Shown: piece by piece, positions 1 through 11,251 of the stretch
Numbering within the stretch: position 1 is the first letter of the stretch
Layout: the number at the start of each line of letters is the position of its first letter
Assembly: GCA_964016885.1 (NCBI GenBank)
Contig: OZ024740.1
Coordinates: 214,954,001-215,018,000 of the forward strand
Origin: Eledone cirrhosa
Lineage: Eukaryota
DNA length: 64,000 nt
Direction: 5' to 3'
Program-made: the position numbers and the translations under genes
Notes under the pieces: model-generated
What the model saw: the letters and a program-made list of their open reading frames with translations, nothing else
Databases searched by the model: none
Told to the model about the DNA's origin: nothing

Positions 1-180
1 GGTATTATTACAATTACTATTATAATGGTGGTGGTGGTGGTGGTGAGGATAAAAATGATGATGGTGTTGGTGGCGGTGGCAGCGGTGGTGATGATAAAAA
101 TGATGATGGTGATGGTGGCGGTGGCAGCAGTGGTGATGATAAAAATGATGATGGTGATGGTGATGATGATGAAGATAATA
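1..180. repeat. Compound (GGT)n/(GAT)n trinucleotide repeat with a longer repeated unit (gataaaaatgatgatggt...)
   Basis: Directly visible; 'gataaaaatgatgatggtg' recurs three times. Confidence 0.9.
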
Positions 181-1002
181 AAAAAAAAAAAACGATGAGC
201 TAGAATTTCACGTGACATCTGCCTTACATAGAGAGAGAAAATAATAAGAAAACTAAATGATATTGTAAAACGAAGTTAAATTAGATACATGTTGAGGGTA
301 GGGTGAGGTGGAGTATGGGTGGAATATAGGCGGAGTATGGGTAGAATATGGGTAGAATGGACTTCAACAGTGGCAGACACAGGAAATAAAATTAAACAAA
401 CAAAAAGAAAAGACAAATGCCATTTATTTGTTATAAGATGTATATTGATAAAATTCTACCCTTCCTTGGTAGTCAAAATAACAAGTGTTTAAAATGGAAG
501 TTATCTATAGGTGGAAATATTGAAAAAAATATTTACTTTCATGTATATTATAAAACTAATTATAGCCTTTGTTTTAATTGGTTTTTTTTTAGATTTTTTT
601 CTAAATAAATTGGATTTATTTTTAATGACATAATATATTTTATTTCGTTCACATTTTTATTTTGCTTATTACTTTTTTATTTTTATTTTCTTGTTAAATT
701 ACACTTTGGTTTAAAATTTATTTTTTTTCTTTTTAACATATTTCTTCAAAAGAATAATTGACATAAAATAACGAAGAAATTTAGGATGAAAAATGAAAAT
801 CATGTATATATAAATGAATTTAATTAAGATAAAACTATCTTTCAATAATGAGCAACTAATTAACTTGTTATAAGTCATGAGAACTAAAAGTTGAAATCTA
901 AATTAAACAATGTATTTTAAGTCATTATGAAGTAAATTCTATTGTATATCATGATATACAATAGACTATAAAGCTGTATGTTATATATATATATATATAT
1001 AT

Positions 1003-1135
1003 AAATCATCAGGAAATCCATGATGATTTCTTTTGAATGAAACGGTTCTAGACCTGTAGAAGCCATTTCTATATTAAACATGATATTTGCACTCCACTAA
1101 TGTATTGAGTACATTACTTGTTGCGGTTACCCCCC
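1003..1135 (+). mobile_element. Short Penelope-terminus-like element (family B) with degenerate hammerhead motif, between (TA)n tracts
   Basis: TGATGA-tttcttttgaat-GAAAC-ggttctagacctgtagaagcc; homologous to 4584-4630 and 19680-19796; short fold-back at 1003-1029. Confidence 0.55.
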
Positions 1136-1149
1136 GATTGAACCCAAGA

Positions 1150-1209
<60 letters not shown>

Positions 1210-2117
1210 AGATTATAATGAAATAAATTTGAAAAGCATATCAAACTTTTATTATTTATATAAAATTTCTATAGAATTCTTGAATATTAAAAAAAATTAT
1301 TCTTTATAGTGAAAATAATTTTACTAAATATTACAATGTCTACTGAGTATTATTGAGTATTGAGTCAGTATATTATTTTGTATAAACTTCATCAGGCTGT
1401 AATTATATTGTTATCATGTATAATTCAACAAATAATTAGAAAAAGTAATGAAATAATATTGAAGAAGAAATACTGTTGGAATGATAAGACATATGAGAAA
1501 GAGAGAGACAAGGAAAAGACTGCAGACTTTGGAATGAGGTAATCATGCATAATTTAGGATAAGATAATTCTGAAATTTATGTAACACAACAATTCCTCTA
1601 CATTCACCAATCTCTCTCTCTTCTCTTCTCTTCTCATTCACTCTCTCTTCTCTTCCATCTCTCACTCACTCTCTTTCCATCATTCTCTCTCTCTCCTACT
1701 CTCTTTCATTCAAATAAAAAACTTTTTTTTTTTACCAATCAAGTAAATAAGAAGTAAAGAATATAGAAATGGTCATTTATATTAATGAAGAAAACAAAAT
1801 GGAAAATAAAATGTTTTCTATAAGTAGTATCGGTATTTTGGGGGGAAGTATCCATGAAAGAACTGACTATATTCCACACAAACTATCAGTTTTATCACAT
1901 TGATTCTTAAGTTAATGAGTAGCAGTATAAAAGTAGTAGATCAAGACTGAAAACCTGTCTTCATTCTCTCATAAATAGCTTCACTGATAAGAAATAGAAA
2001 CAAAAATTATTAAACATTTCTTTCTTTCATTTATTATCATTATTATTTTTTAAATTTTTTATTTATTTCTTTTTCTTTCTTTTTTTTTTTGCTAAGAAAA
2101 ATGAACAATTTACTTAC

Positions 2118-2560
2118 CATGATGAAAGAAGTGTAAAAGCTACTAGAGAAATATTTAGTCAAGTAGCAGCAGTAGTATTCAGCAATCAGTCAAACCCATA
2201 GAATTGAAGAAGAAATGTATTGATATGAATTCATAGCTAAGGCATAAATGGATGGCGGTGATGCTAGTAAAAGCATCAGAGAACCAGGCTGAGCAACACC
2301 AGCGCTACACATTATATAGTCATCTCCAATGGAATTTTCCTCTGGAATGCCTGTGAAAGGAGCCGGCTAGCAAGAGGAGAGGAAAGCTGCTGACAGAAGA
2401 GTGGAGGATGCTAATACATGTTAGCTAGGTGCAGATGAACAGAAGCCATTGATGTAACCACAGCTAGGCTGGGAAAGATGACAAATGTATAATGCATTTT
2501 AACAAAGAGTGAAGGGACATAACTGCACTGAAGAACAACACTGATGTTTAGAGTTATGGA
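2118..2560 (-). other. Candidate first exon (5' UTR ending in ATG) of an unidentified minus-strand gene continuing left of the window
   Basis: Minus strand reads ttcatcATG|GTAAGT (ATG 2120-2118, consensus donor at 2117). The ~440 bp upstream is non-repetitive and less AT-rich than its flanks. The 5' boundary is a guess. Confidence 0.4.
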
Positions 2561-2610
2561 TAAATATATTCATACATACGTACACTTCTTCTCTCTCACA
2601 CACACATACT

Positions 2611-2654
<44 letters not shown>

Positions 2655-2819
2655 CACATATATACTCACATACACCCCTTCAAGAACATATAAATATATA
2701 TGTATCCTCACATATACATATGTACACTTCTTCACACACACACACATATATGTCCTCACATATACACACATATACTGCAAGCAGGGAAAAGCAGATGTAA
2801 AATGATGATGATGATGATA

Positions 2820-3763
2820 TCTAGGGCAGGTAAAATTGCCACGATCCATGGACAAGTTCTTTCCAGTGATCTCTGTCCTTCATCATTGCCGCCATGTCCT
2901 GCATCTCCCAGAGACCAGTGTCTGTCTTTAGGGCATCAATATACGTCATCCTCAGTCTCCCTCTTCTAGTGTGTCCGTGTAGGGGCTCCCACAGGACCAC
3001 TGAGTGCAGAGTCAACTATGAATGTCAGTGAACATGTCCAGCTAATCTCAGTCGCCTCTGTGTTACTTTCAAGCTGACTTTTGGGAAGCTCCCATACAGC
3101 TCTGAGTTCTTCATCCTCAGTATATATTAATTAATGTTCAGCACCATCCTCAGCATTCACGTGTAGCACCCATCCACCATCTGAGTGAGGGTCTTGGTCA
3201 GTGTCCAAGTCCCAGACTCATACAGCAGCACAGACTCCACTGTAGCAACAAAGAGACAGATCTTCAGGTCTTTACAAAGGTCCAACTTCCACACTGACCT
3301 GAAACTGTGACACGCCGCCCAGGCTTTGCTCTTTCTCTCCACCACATCATCCTCTGTGTTCCCAATTTTTCCTCCCAGAAACAAGAAGTCCTCAACCCAC
3401 TCTAGCGGCTTCCTGCCTACATTTATAATTGTCTCTGGCTTCTTAATGTTCTCTACCAGATACTTCGTTTTACTCTCATTCATTCTCAGCCCCACACACA
3501 TCGACACAGTCACCACCTCCTGCATCAACTCCTCTCCCCCTTCACTGTGTTTGTCCCCAGAACTATATTGTCAGCAAATTCAACATCTGATACCTTTTTA
3601 GCTTTAACTCTCCTGCTTTGAGCCAGTGCTACAGTAAAGCCCGAGACCTGGTGTTTCTCCAGTGCAAGGCACATACAGTAGTCCACTGCGGTGATAAAAA
3701 GGTAGGGAGTCAATGTATCTCCCTGGAGCACTCCAGCCAGTATCTTAAAGAACTCCATTCTGT
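2820..3763 (-). mobile_element. 5'-truncated, frameshifted RTE-superclade non-LTR retrotransposon (RT domain and C-terminus)
   Basis: GVLQGDTLTPYLF, FADNIVL (YADD-like), GLRMNESKTKY, ATVESVLLYESGTWTLTK, LWEPLHGHTRRGR, split over three frames. Confidence 0.9.
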
Positions 3764-3765
3764 TA

Positions 3766-3874
3766 CGTGTTACAATATGGAGGGATACAGAGTATCTATT
3801 CGAAAAAACCAGGATATATATATATATCCTGGTTTTTAGAATAGATACTTTGTATCCCTCCATATTGTAACAGG
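3766..3874. mobile_element. 109-bp palindromic MITE-like element with TA on both flanks
   Basis: Arms tgttacaatatggagggatacagagtatctatt...accagga and its near-perfect reverse complement surround a (TA)n centre; TA at 3764-3765 and 3875-3876. Confidence 0.7.
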
Positions 3875-3993
3875 TAAAAAGATTGGTTGGTATCAGGAAG
3901 GGCCACTAGTTGCGAGACACTGTCTCAAAAGAACTCATTCAGCCCATCCCTGCATGGAAAAGTAAAAGTAAAATCAATGATGATGAAACACAG

Positions 3994-4069
<76 letters not shown>

Positions 4070-4296
4070 ATATATCCCCCACACATACACAGATATCACC
4101 ATCATCATCATATATACATATACTTAGTATCAGCAGTTGTAAACATGAGTACTCACTAGAGTTGATATTAATATATTCTTTATTAAGACCAAATTCAAAT
4201 CTTGTTATTCTAAAGCTGGCATGGGCAACCTTTTTCGAGAAGTGGGCCGCATGAGATATGGCTCATCATCAGGCAGACCGCAAGCGCTAATTTACA

Positions 4297-4334
<38 letters not shown>

Positions 4335-4337
<3 letters not shown>

Positions 4338-4510
4338 TAGCATGGAAAATGGATGTTAAATGATGATGATGATGGTGATATATATATATATATGTCCAGC
4401 CCATGCAAGCATGGAAAAGCAGACGTAAAAATGATGATGATGATATATATGTTTATCATCATTATCATCATCACCATTTAATGTCCATTTTTCGATGCTA
4501 GCATGGGTTA
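4335..4510. repeat. Cluster of three tail-only copies of the abundant retroposon 3' end (ccatgctagcatggaaaatggacgttaaa(tga)n)
   Basis: Two forward copies and one reverse copy, each ~45 nt, separated by (TA)n; the same tail recurs many times in the window. Confidence 0.8.
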
Positions 4511-4559
4511 TATATATACACGATTATAGATTGTATCCCAAAGGGGGATCGAGAAATAA

Positions 4560-4660
4560 CCACAGTTAAATAATACTGCATTCCTGATGACTTTGTATGA
4601 ATGAAACAGTTCTAGTCCTGTAGAAGTCATAAAGAATAATTTTACTTGACTATATAGATA
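4560..4660 (+). mobile_element. Family B hammerhead-motif element, second copy
   Basis: CTGATGA 4584-4590, GAAAC 4603-4607, then the ttcta-gtcctg-tagaa hairpin shared with the copies at 1021 and 19681. Confidence 0.5.
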
Positions 4661-5039
4661 TCATTTCAGTATCCTTCAAATGGTTATCATCTCTGAAGAT
4701 TTTAGGCAATCTGAGATTGAGAGCAGTGGTGCTTGTAACTTTCATAAGGGTATTAAAGAGTAAGTGATACAATGAGAAATTGAACCCAACTCAGAGGGAA
4801 CTTAGTCCCTAACATAAAGCATTTGTCCCAAAATAACAGGGACTGAAATATAAATACTCAGGTTCAAAATCAAAATAAAAATTCAGAGTCTTCTCATTCC
4901 TGTTGGAGGAACCCCTCTCTAGTTGACCTTCACTGCTTCCTATCTGATATTGGGCCATGTGGGGGCCAAGGTATCGGGTCATATCATCGTGCCATCTAGC
5001 CTTTCACCACCCTCTGGTTCTTCTCCATTGCCTTGCTGT

Positions 5040-5376
5040 CCCCTCTGTCACTCTAATAGTCCACCCATTGTCTCTAAAGCAAGAGATGTGACCAGACTAG
5101 ACCAGATATCCCCTCTGTCACTCTAATAGTCCACCCATTGTCTCTAAAGCAAGAGATGTGACCAGACTAGACCAGATATCCCCTCTGTCACTCTAATAGT
5201 CCACCCATTGTCTCTAAAGCAAGAGATGTGACCAGACTAGACCAGATATCCCCTCTGTCACTCTAATAGTCCACCCATTGTCTCTAAAGCAAGAGATGTG
5301 ACCAGACTAGACCAGATATCCACTCTGTCACTCTAATAGTCCACCTGTTGTCTTTGAAACGTGAGACGTGACCAGG
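5040..5376. repeat. Minisatellite, 70-bp unit, ~4.8 near-identical copies
   Basis: Unit ccctctgtcactctaatagtccacccattgtctctaaagcaagagatgtgaccagactagaccagatatc starts at 5041, 5111, 5181, 5251, 5321. Confidence 0.95.
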
Positions 5377-5861
5377 CCATCTATGTTTGCCCTTCTTCGT
5401 GGTTACTCAGGTTATAATAGCCAAATGTAATAACATTCTAAAATATCAGTAATTATCAGCAAACTATTTTTTTTTTCAGCCTGTGGCATTCAGTGTATAT
5501 GTGCAAGCTATGATACTGACAATGGGGTCTCTTCTCATTGGTTGACAGCTTACCTTAACTAATTAGGATGTTTGGTTCTTCTAACATCTTAGTTTCACTA
5601 TCACCTGTGACTACTAAAAATATATTGACTTCCTCAGAAATTATTATAAAGAAACTCCAGAACCCCTTATTATAACATGTTGTTTACTGCGAAAGACTTC
5701 TCACAATTTTTAAATATAAATTGTGCTTATTTGTACGAATTCTATAAAAAATATAGTCAGCACATATAAAGATCTGACTGCAATATACAGAGGTGCAATG
5801 CTGTTTTGATATGAGTACATTATAGCAAATGTAATTCGTACACAAATTAATAATGAGTACA

Positions 5862-6010
5862 GGCATTCCTGTGTGGTTAACAAATTCACTTCACAACTAC
5901 ATAGCTTCAAGTTCAATCCCACTGTGCAGTACCTAGTGTCTTCTATTATATCTTTGGGTTGACCAATGGCTTCTGAGTGAAATTTGATAAGTAGACACTG
6001 TGTCCAAGCC
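5862..6010 (+). mobile_element. tRNA-derived SINE (family with ...gtgaaatttggtagacagaaactg); further copies ~6390-6560, 19255-19560, 52500-52820
   Basis: A-box-like tgtgtggttaa, B-box-like gttcaatccc, and a body shared among the copies. Confidence 0.7.
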
Positions 6011-7069
6011 CAGTGAAGGGACTGTTTCTGTTTTTTTAATCCATCACCCAGTATAACACCATCACTTGGTCAGTGGGAGTCTTTAACAGTGTCATCTCTC
6101 TTACAAGTACTTAGGTCAGGTCTCTGATCAGAAAATAATTTCCTGTCTGTCTCCTCTCAGTGACAGAACATCTCTATCAAAACCTTTTTTTTTTAATTAA
6201 AAAAACATCCTTATTGAAAACCATAAAATCTATCGATGTCTATTTTTATTGATTTCTAAATCAGAGTCACACTGAGAAATCAGTTGATGAATGAAAATTT
6301 CCAGGCAAGTCTGTTATTATCATCGTTTAATGTCCACTTTCCCTGCTAGCAAGTGTTGGATTATGTCATTAAAAAATACACTTTGCAACAACATGGCTGT
6401 GGGTTAATTCTCACAATATGGTACACTGGACAAATATCTTCTACAATAGTCTCAGCTTGACCTATACTTTGTGAGTGAAATTTGGTAGACAGAAACTGAG
6501 CAGAAGCCTGTCATATGTATGTGCATGGTTATTTGTGTCCATTTATGTGTTTATGTACTTAACACTATACCAACTATTAAAACAACAGTTTTTATAGAAA
6601 TTGTTAACTAAACCAATTAGTACAATGCATGCATGGTCTTGTGGTTCCTGTTAGAGTCATAGAGGCACCCTAGTGGCATATAGCATGTCTAGGTCCTTTT
6701 AAGCCTGGTAGAGCCCATCTCCTCTCAAGGTCTGAATACAGCAGATTTCTTCCAGAGAAGGATAGAAAGTGAGACAGAGGGAGTGAAAAAGAGATAAAGA
6801 GGAAGAACCAACCCCAGTACAAGACTGGTACTTTTTTTTTAGCGATCTCGAAAGGATGAAAGGCAAAGTTAGCCTTGGCAGGATTTGAACCCAAGGAGCA
6901 GAGAGCTGGAACAAATACCACAAAGTATTCTATCTTAACATAGTAATGACTCTGCCAATTAGTCACCTATTAGTACAATACAGAACAATAAAATATATAT
7001 TAGACTGAAATAATTACAGCAGTCATTCTGACCAACTAAAAACTTTTGGCAGCAATCCAATTACTAAGA

Positions 7070-7410
7070 CTGTTGTAGGCCCCCTTCAGTCAGCAAGGAC
7101 TATGGTTTTGAACCTAGAAAGTTCCCCTCTAAGGCACAAGCCTGAGCAAGATGTGTTTGTGGAAGACCAGCAGTCTCCAATGTATACCAGTCTCCCCTCT
7201 CCATGCCACCGATGTTGTCCAACAGAAAGGCAATGGCTGATACAGCTTGGCACCAGTGACGTCACAACTCATTTCTACAGCTGAGTAAACTGGAGCAATG
7301 TGAAATAAAGTGTTTTGCTCAAGGATACAAAGCACTGCCCGATCCGGGATTTGAACTCACAACCTTACAATTGTGAGCTCAATGCTCTAACCATTAAGCC
7401 ATGCACCTTC
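7070..7410 (-). mobile_element. tRNA-derived SINE with CORE-like central segment; relatives at ~11870-12085(-), 29715-29935(+), 34215-34560(+), 35960-36135(-), 41545-41790(-), 43440-43590(-)
   Basis: Minus strand has tggcttaatggttagag (A box), gagttcaaatccc (B box) and tccttgagcaaaacactttatttcacattgctccag, the last shared by the other copies. Confidence 0.8.
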
Positions 7411-7441
7411 ACTGCTAAGACCAGTGTAAGAATAAAATAAT

Positions 7442-7624
7442 TGTTTCTACTATTGGCACAAGGCCAGCAATTACCCAGTTCATTACTGGTACTTTATTTT
7501 ATCGACCCCGTAAGGATGAAAGGCAAAGTTAACCTCGGCGGGATTTGAACTCAGAATGGCAAGGGCCGTAACTCTATGCGTCAAAGCATGGCGTCCGACC
7601 CTCTACCGATACTGTCAATCCACC
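7442..7624 (-). mobile_element. Young tRNA-derived SINE with Meta/MESC-like core, flanked by an 18-bp target-site duplication
   Basis: gtgtaagaataaaataat at 7424-7441 and 7625-7642; core gcctttcatccttacggggtcgataaaataaagtaccag; near-identical copies at ~34915-35100 and 63730-63917, partial at 27412-27562 and 63422-63595. Confidence 0.9.
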
Positions 7625-7950
7625 GTGTAAGAATAAAATAATGAAAATACAATGGGCCGAAGGAATGATAGTTGATGGTACTAGGTAGCTTATGTCATAT
7701 TTCTCCTGGGTTAAATTTGATTTCACAGAATGCATAGGTAACAACTAAGAATGCTATCTTTTCCTAAAAGTAAATAGGATTTCATTCTGTAATATCATCA
7801 TGTAATGGTTTAGAAGACACAACACACACACACACATGCCTCCACTTGGTTCTCATAAACAGTAATTGTCTTTTTACTTTGGTCCATCAAAATAATCTCT
7901 TCAAAAATATCTGACAGCATTACAAAGCTTACTAAACACAATCCAGAAAA

Positions 7951-7981
<31 letters not shown>

Positions 7982-8577
7982 CTCTATATATCTATATATA
8001 TATGTGTATCTTTCTCTCTTTCTCTCTCTCACACACATACACATATATATATATATAATCACTGAAAAGAATATTTCTTCATGAAAATTGACAAGGCAGA
8101 ATGAAAATCAATTTGCAAGTAAATTGTAGCTGGTACAGTAGAAAATATGTGTGTAATACATAAACTATTCTGTGGAAAAGTAATTTTCAAAAGACAGTGA
8201 CACAAGAAAGTATATCAACATTATATAGACCAAAGACGTACAGAACCATGCACAGAATCATTCTCACGATTAAATTATGTGTGAAAGAAACAATTTCATG
8301 AAACAACTTAGCACACAGCCTCTGGCACAGATTGCAAATGGAAAGAAAAAAAAACCCACTACAGAATACAATGTATTGTGTGTGAACTCAAAAAGTCTTC
8401 TGAAAGAATAAAGCATCTTGTAGATTCTGATATCCAACAACATAGTTTCAGTATTGAAAAGTATTTATTTCCATATGAAGCAGATAATGTTATTGAAATG
8501 TCATATATATATATATGGTTGCTTTAGTACCAACACCAGTAATTCACTGGATCACCTACAACATATCTATCTATCTA

Positions 8578-8625
<48 letters not shown>

Positions 8626-8723
8626 CATCATCATTTTATATTTACTTTCCATGTTGGCATGGGATGGACAGAAAATTACAGATTAAAGCTGCTACATAAA
8701 TATTGTTAACCATTTCACACAGC

Positions 8724-8760
<37 letters not shown>

Positions 8761-8761
<1 letters not shown>

Positions 8762-8937
8762 CAAAGGAAATGTGGTAAGGAACCAGGTGGACCATAACGC
8801 ACCAAAGTACTCAATACTTAGGGTAGTAGAGTGGGTAATAGGAACGAGTAGGACCCCAAGCCGTTTCGAAGGCTAATTCTGGACGCAGAATTAGCCGTCG
8901 AAACAGCTTGAGCTCAGCCGTCGGGGTCCTACTCGTT

Positions 8938-8942
<5 letters not shown>
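8761..8942. mobile_element. Fold-back element (family A) carrying the 3' half of a hammerhead motif, embedded in (TA)n
   Basis: 8838-8857 pairs with 8923-8942 and 8858-8881 with 8886-8909; GAAAC-agcttgagctcagcc-GTC-ggggtcc; homolog at 16940-17033. Confidence 0.65.
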
Positions 8943-8983
<41 letters not shown>

Positions 8984-9015
8984 AATACATATATATATAC
9001 ATACACACATAGATA

Positions 9016-9046
9016 CGAGGGTGGGCTGAAAAGTTCATAAGCTGAC
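9016..9046 (+). mobile_element. Solo mariner-type terminal inverted repeat
   Basis: ta|cgagggtgggctgaaaagttcataagctgac matches the TIR of the element at 44153-44346. Confidence 0.65.
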
Positions 9047-10856
9047 TATGACAGAGTGACTCCCTTGTGATTGTGAAGCAAACTTCTTAAACACTCAGCC
9101 ATGCCTATTTTCATGCCCATATATATATGAGTAAATTCACACACACATACACATTTATATATATTTACATATGTCGATTTGAAAGAGTCATTAGAGTGCT
9201 GGACATTTGTCTCTGCACACACACTTTTACATACACACACACACTCGCACACACACATATATTTATTTGGAAGAGTCACTAGCATGCTGGATGTTTGTTT
9301 CTTGTGTCTACCTTCTGAGTTCAAATCCTGGCAATGTCACTTTGTTTTCATCCTTTCAGGGTCAATAAAGAATGTACCAACACAATGCTGGTGTAGCCCT
9401 CTCTCTTTCCAGCTGTTAAACATCCAAGTTCTGCTGTATCAAAGGAGAGACAGATGAAATTGTGTCTGTAACTCTGTCTTCATGTGACAGCATGGCCACA
9501 TAAATCCCTTAGTGAATGTATAGTAAATACTACCAAGTTATACTTGATTGCAAGTGATTGCTGTAAAAAAATATATATATTTACAGTCCACACTGTAAAG
9601 TGGTCATGTAGGTATCATGACAAAAAGCACCCAGTACAGACTGTAAAGTGGTTGCATAGGTGTCACGACAAAAAGTACCCAGTACTCACTGTATATGTGG
9701 TTGGTGTTAAGAAGGGCATCAGGCTAAAGAAACCAAGCCAAAAGCAGTTCTGTATGAGCAAGGAGGCATGGTCACATGACCTGGTATTTCTCACAACAGG
9801 ATAACTCATCTAATCCATGCTAGCATGGAAAAATGGACGTTAAATGGTGATGATGATATATATATAAAACATTTTGTTATTTATGACCTTTCCCAAAGAC
9901 AGCAGCACAGAAAACGACTCCAATCGAAGCCGGATTTAAAACCCGGCTGTCAATTCTCTCCACTGATAACTTATAACCACTTCAATTACTGTGATGAAAT
10001 AAAATAACTAACATCACAAAGAACTGACATTACAGTTGTTTTTTATCCCAAATCTTCTACATAATCAATGTAATGGCCAGAGAGAAATTAGGTTGTGGAT
10101 AGCTGACAAATATGTAAGTTGTGTACAATTTAAGATAGCATTGATGTTGTTTAACATAGCTATCATGTTGTAACTGAAATGACAAAAGTTACTGAGATAT
10201 GCAGAAACTGATGATAGGAATATCTATCAGTGGGTGTCACATGATTATTACAGAGTGAAAATAATTATTAGTTACAACAGGAAATTAAACCTTTGAAGAA
10301 ATCAAACAACTTCTCTGCTGAATCAATCTCTGTTGCTATTTGCTTTGAACTGATTATTAAATGTACAAGCAGTAGTAAAAATGATGAATTCCATAACACA
10401 TTGAATGAAAAGAATAACATTAAATACTCAGTGTCCGTGTAGTGCATGGAGAATATGCCAGTTCAATCAAATCACCGCCACCCCTCCAAGTTAAACCTAC
10501 AGTAGGAACTTAACTCAGCCCAGTAAACTAATAAAAGTTTGTCAGTTTTACATTACTTATTGCAGCTGCCAGTATTTATTCTTACTCTGCAGTATCTGTG
10601 GATTGCTCCATCAGAAAGTTAGGTATTTTGGAGACAGAAGTTAGTGTTGAAATATCAAACACTGTCTTTAGATCTGAAAGTCAGATATCGGTTCCAAAAG
10701 ATACAAATAGATTTATCAAATATACAATAGTTCTATAACCAATCCAAAGTTTCTGAAAACTAATGAATTTAATCAGTAAGTTCCACATTGATTTTGAAAG
10801 ATAATATAAATACATAAGTATCATGTAGTTAGTGCCCCCTTCAAAATAATCTTCTT

Positions 10857-11251
10857 TAAATCTTTTATGACCATATTTCTAATGAAATAAACTATTTTAA
10901 TTAATTAATGAAGAATTTTGGGGAATTTACTAAAATTATTAATTATTTCATTACAAAGATAGTAACTTAATGTAAGGTTTTTATATAAAATTATGTTGGA
11001 AGATTTTAATTCAAATTAGAAACCTTTAAAATGGGTGACTTTATTTCATAGAACCAGGGCTGGTTTTGGCCAGGTTAGTAACTAAAGGGTTAAATAGGAA
11101 CTCTTTAAAATGGGTGACTTTATTTCATAGAACCAGGGCTGGTTTTGGCCAGGTTAGTAACTAAAGGGTTAAGTAGGAACTCTTTAAAATGGGTGGCTTT
11201 ATTTAAAAGAACCAGACCTGGTTTTCATCGGGATGGTAACTAAAGGGTTCA
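10857..11251 (+). mobile_element. piggyBac-like non-autonomous element whose right end is triplicated (79-bp period); relatives ~20430-20683, 30300-30540, 62019-62456
   Basis: Units end in aaagggTTAA; atgggtg recurs at 11031, 11110, 11189; starts ttaa...gaccatatttctaat like the 30300 copy. Confidence 0.55.

Noticed and set aside
7442-7624. A/B-box sequences as tRNA genes
   Set aside because: No cloverleaf is evident, and the boxes are fused to SINE core and tail with TSDs.
10587-10674. Minus-strand AG...GTAAGA-bounded segment (LKTVFDISTLTSVSKIPNFLMEQSTDTA)
   Set aside because: No recognisable homology, and such splice-like motifs arise by chance in AT-rich DNA.
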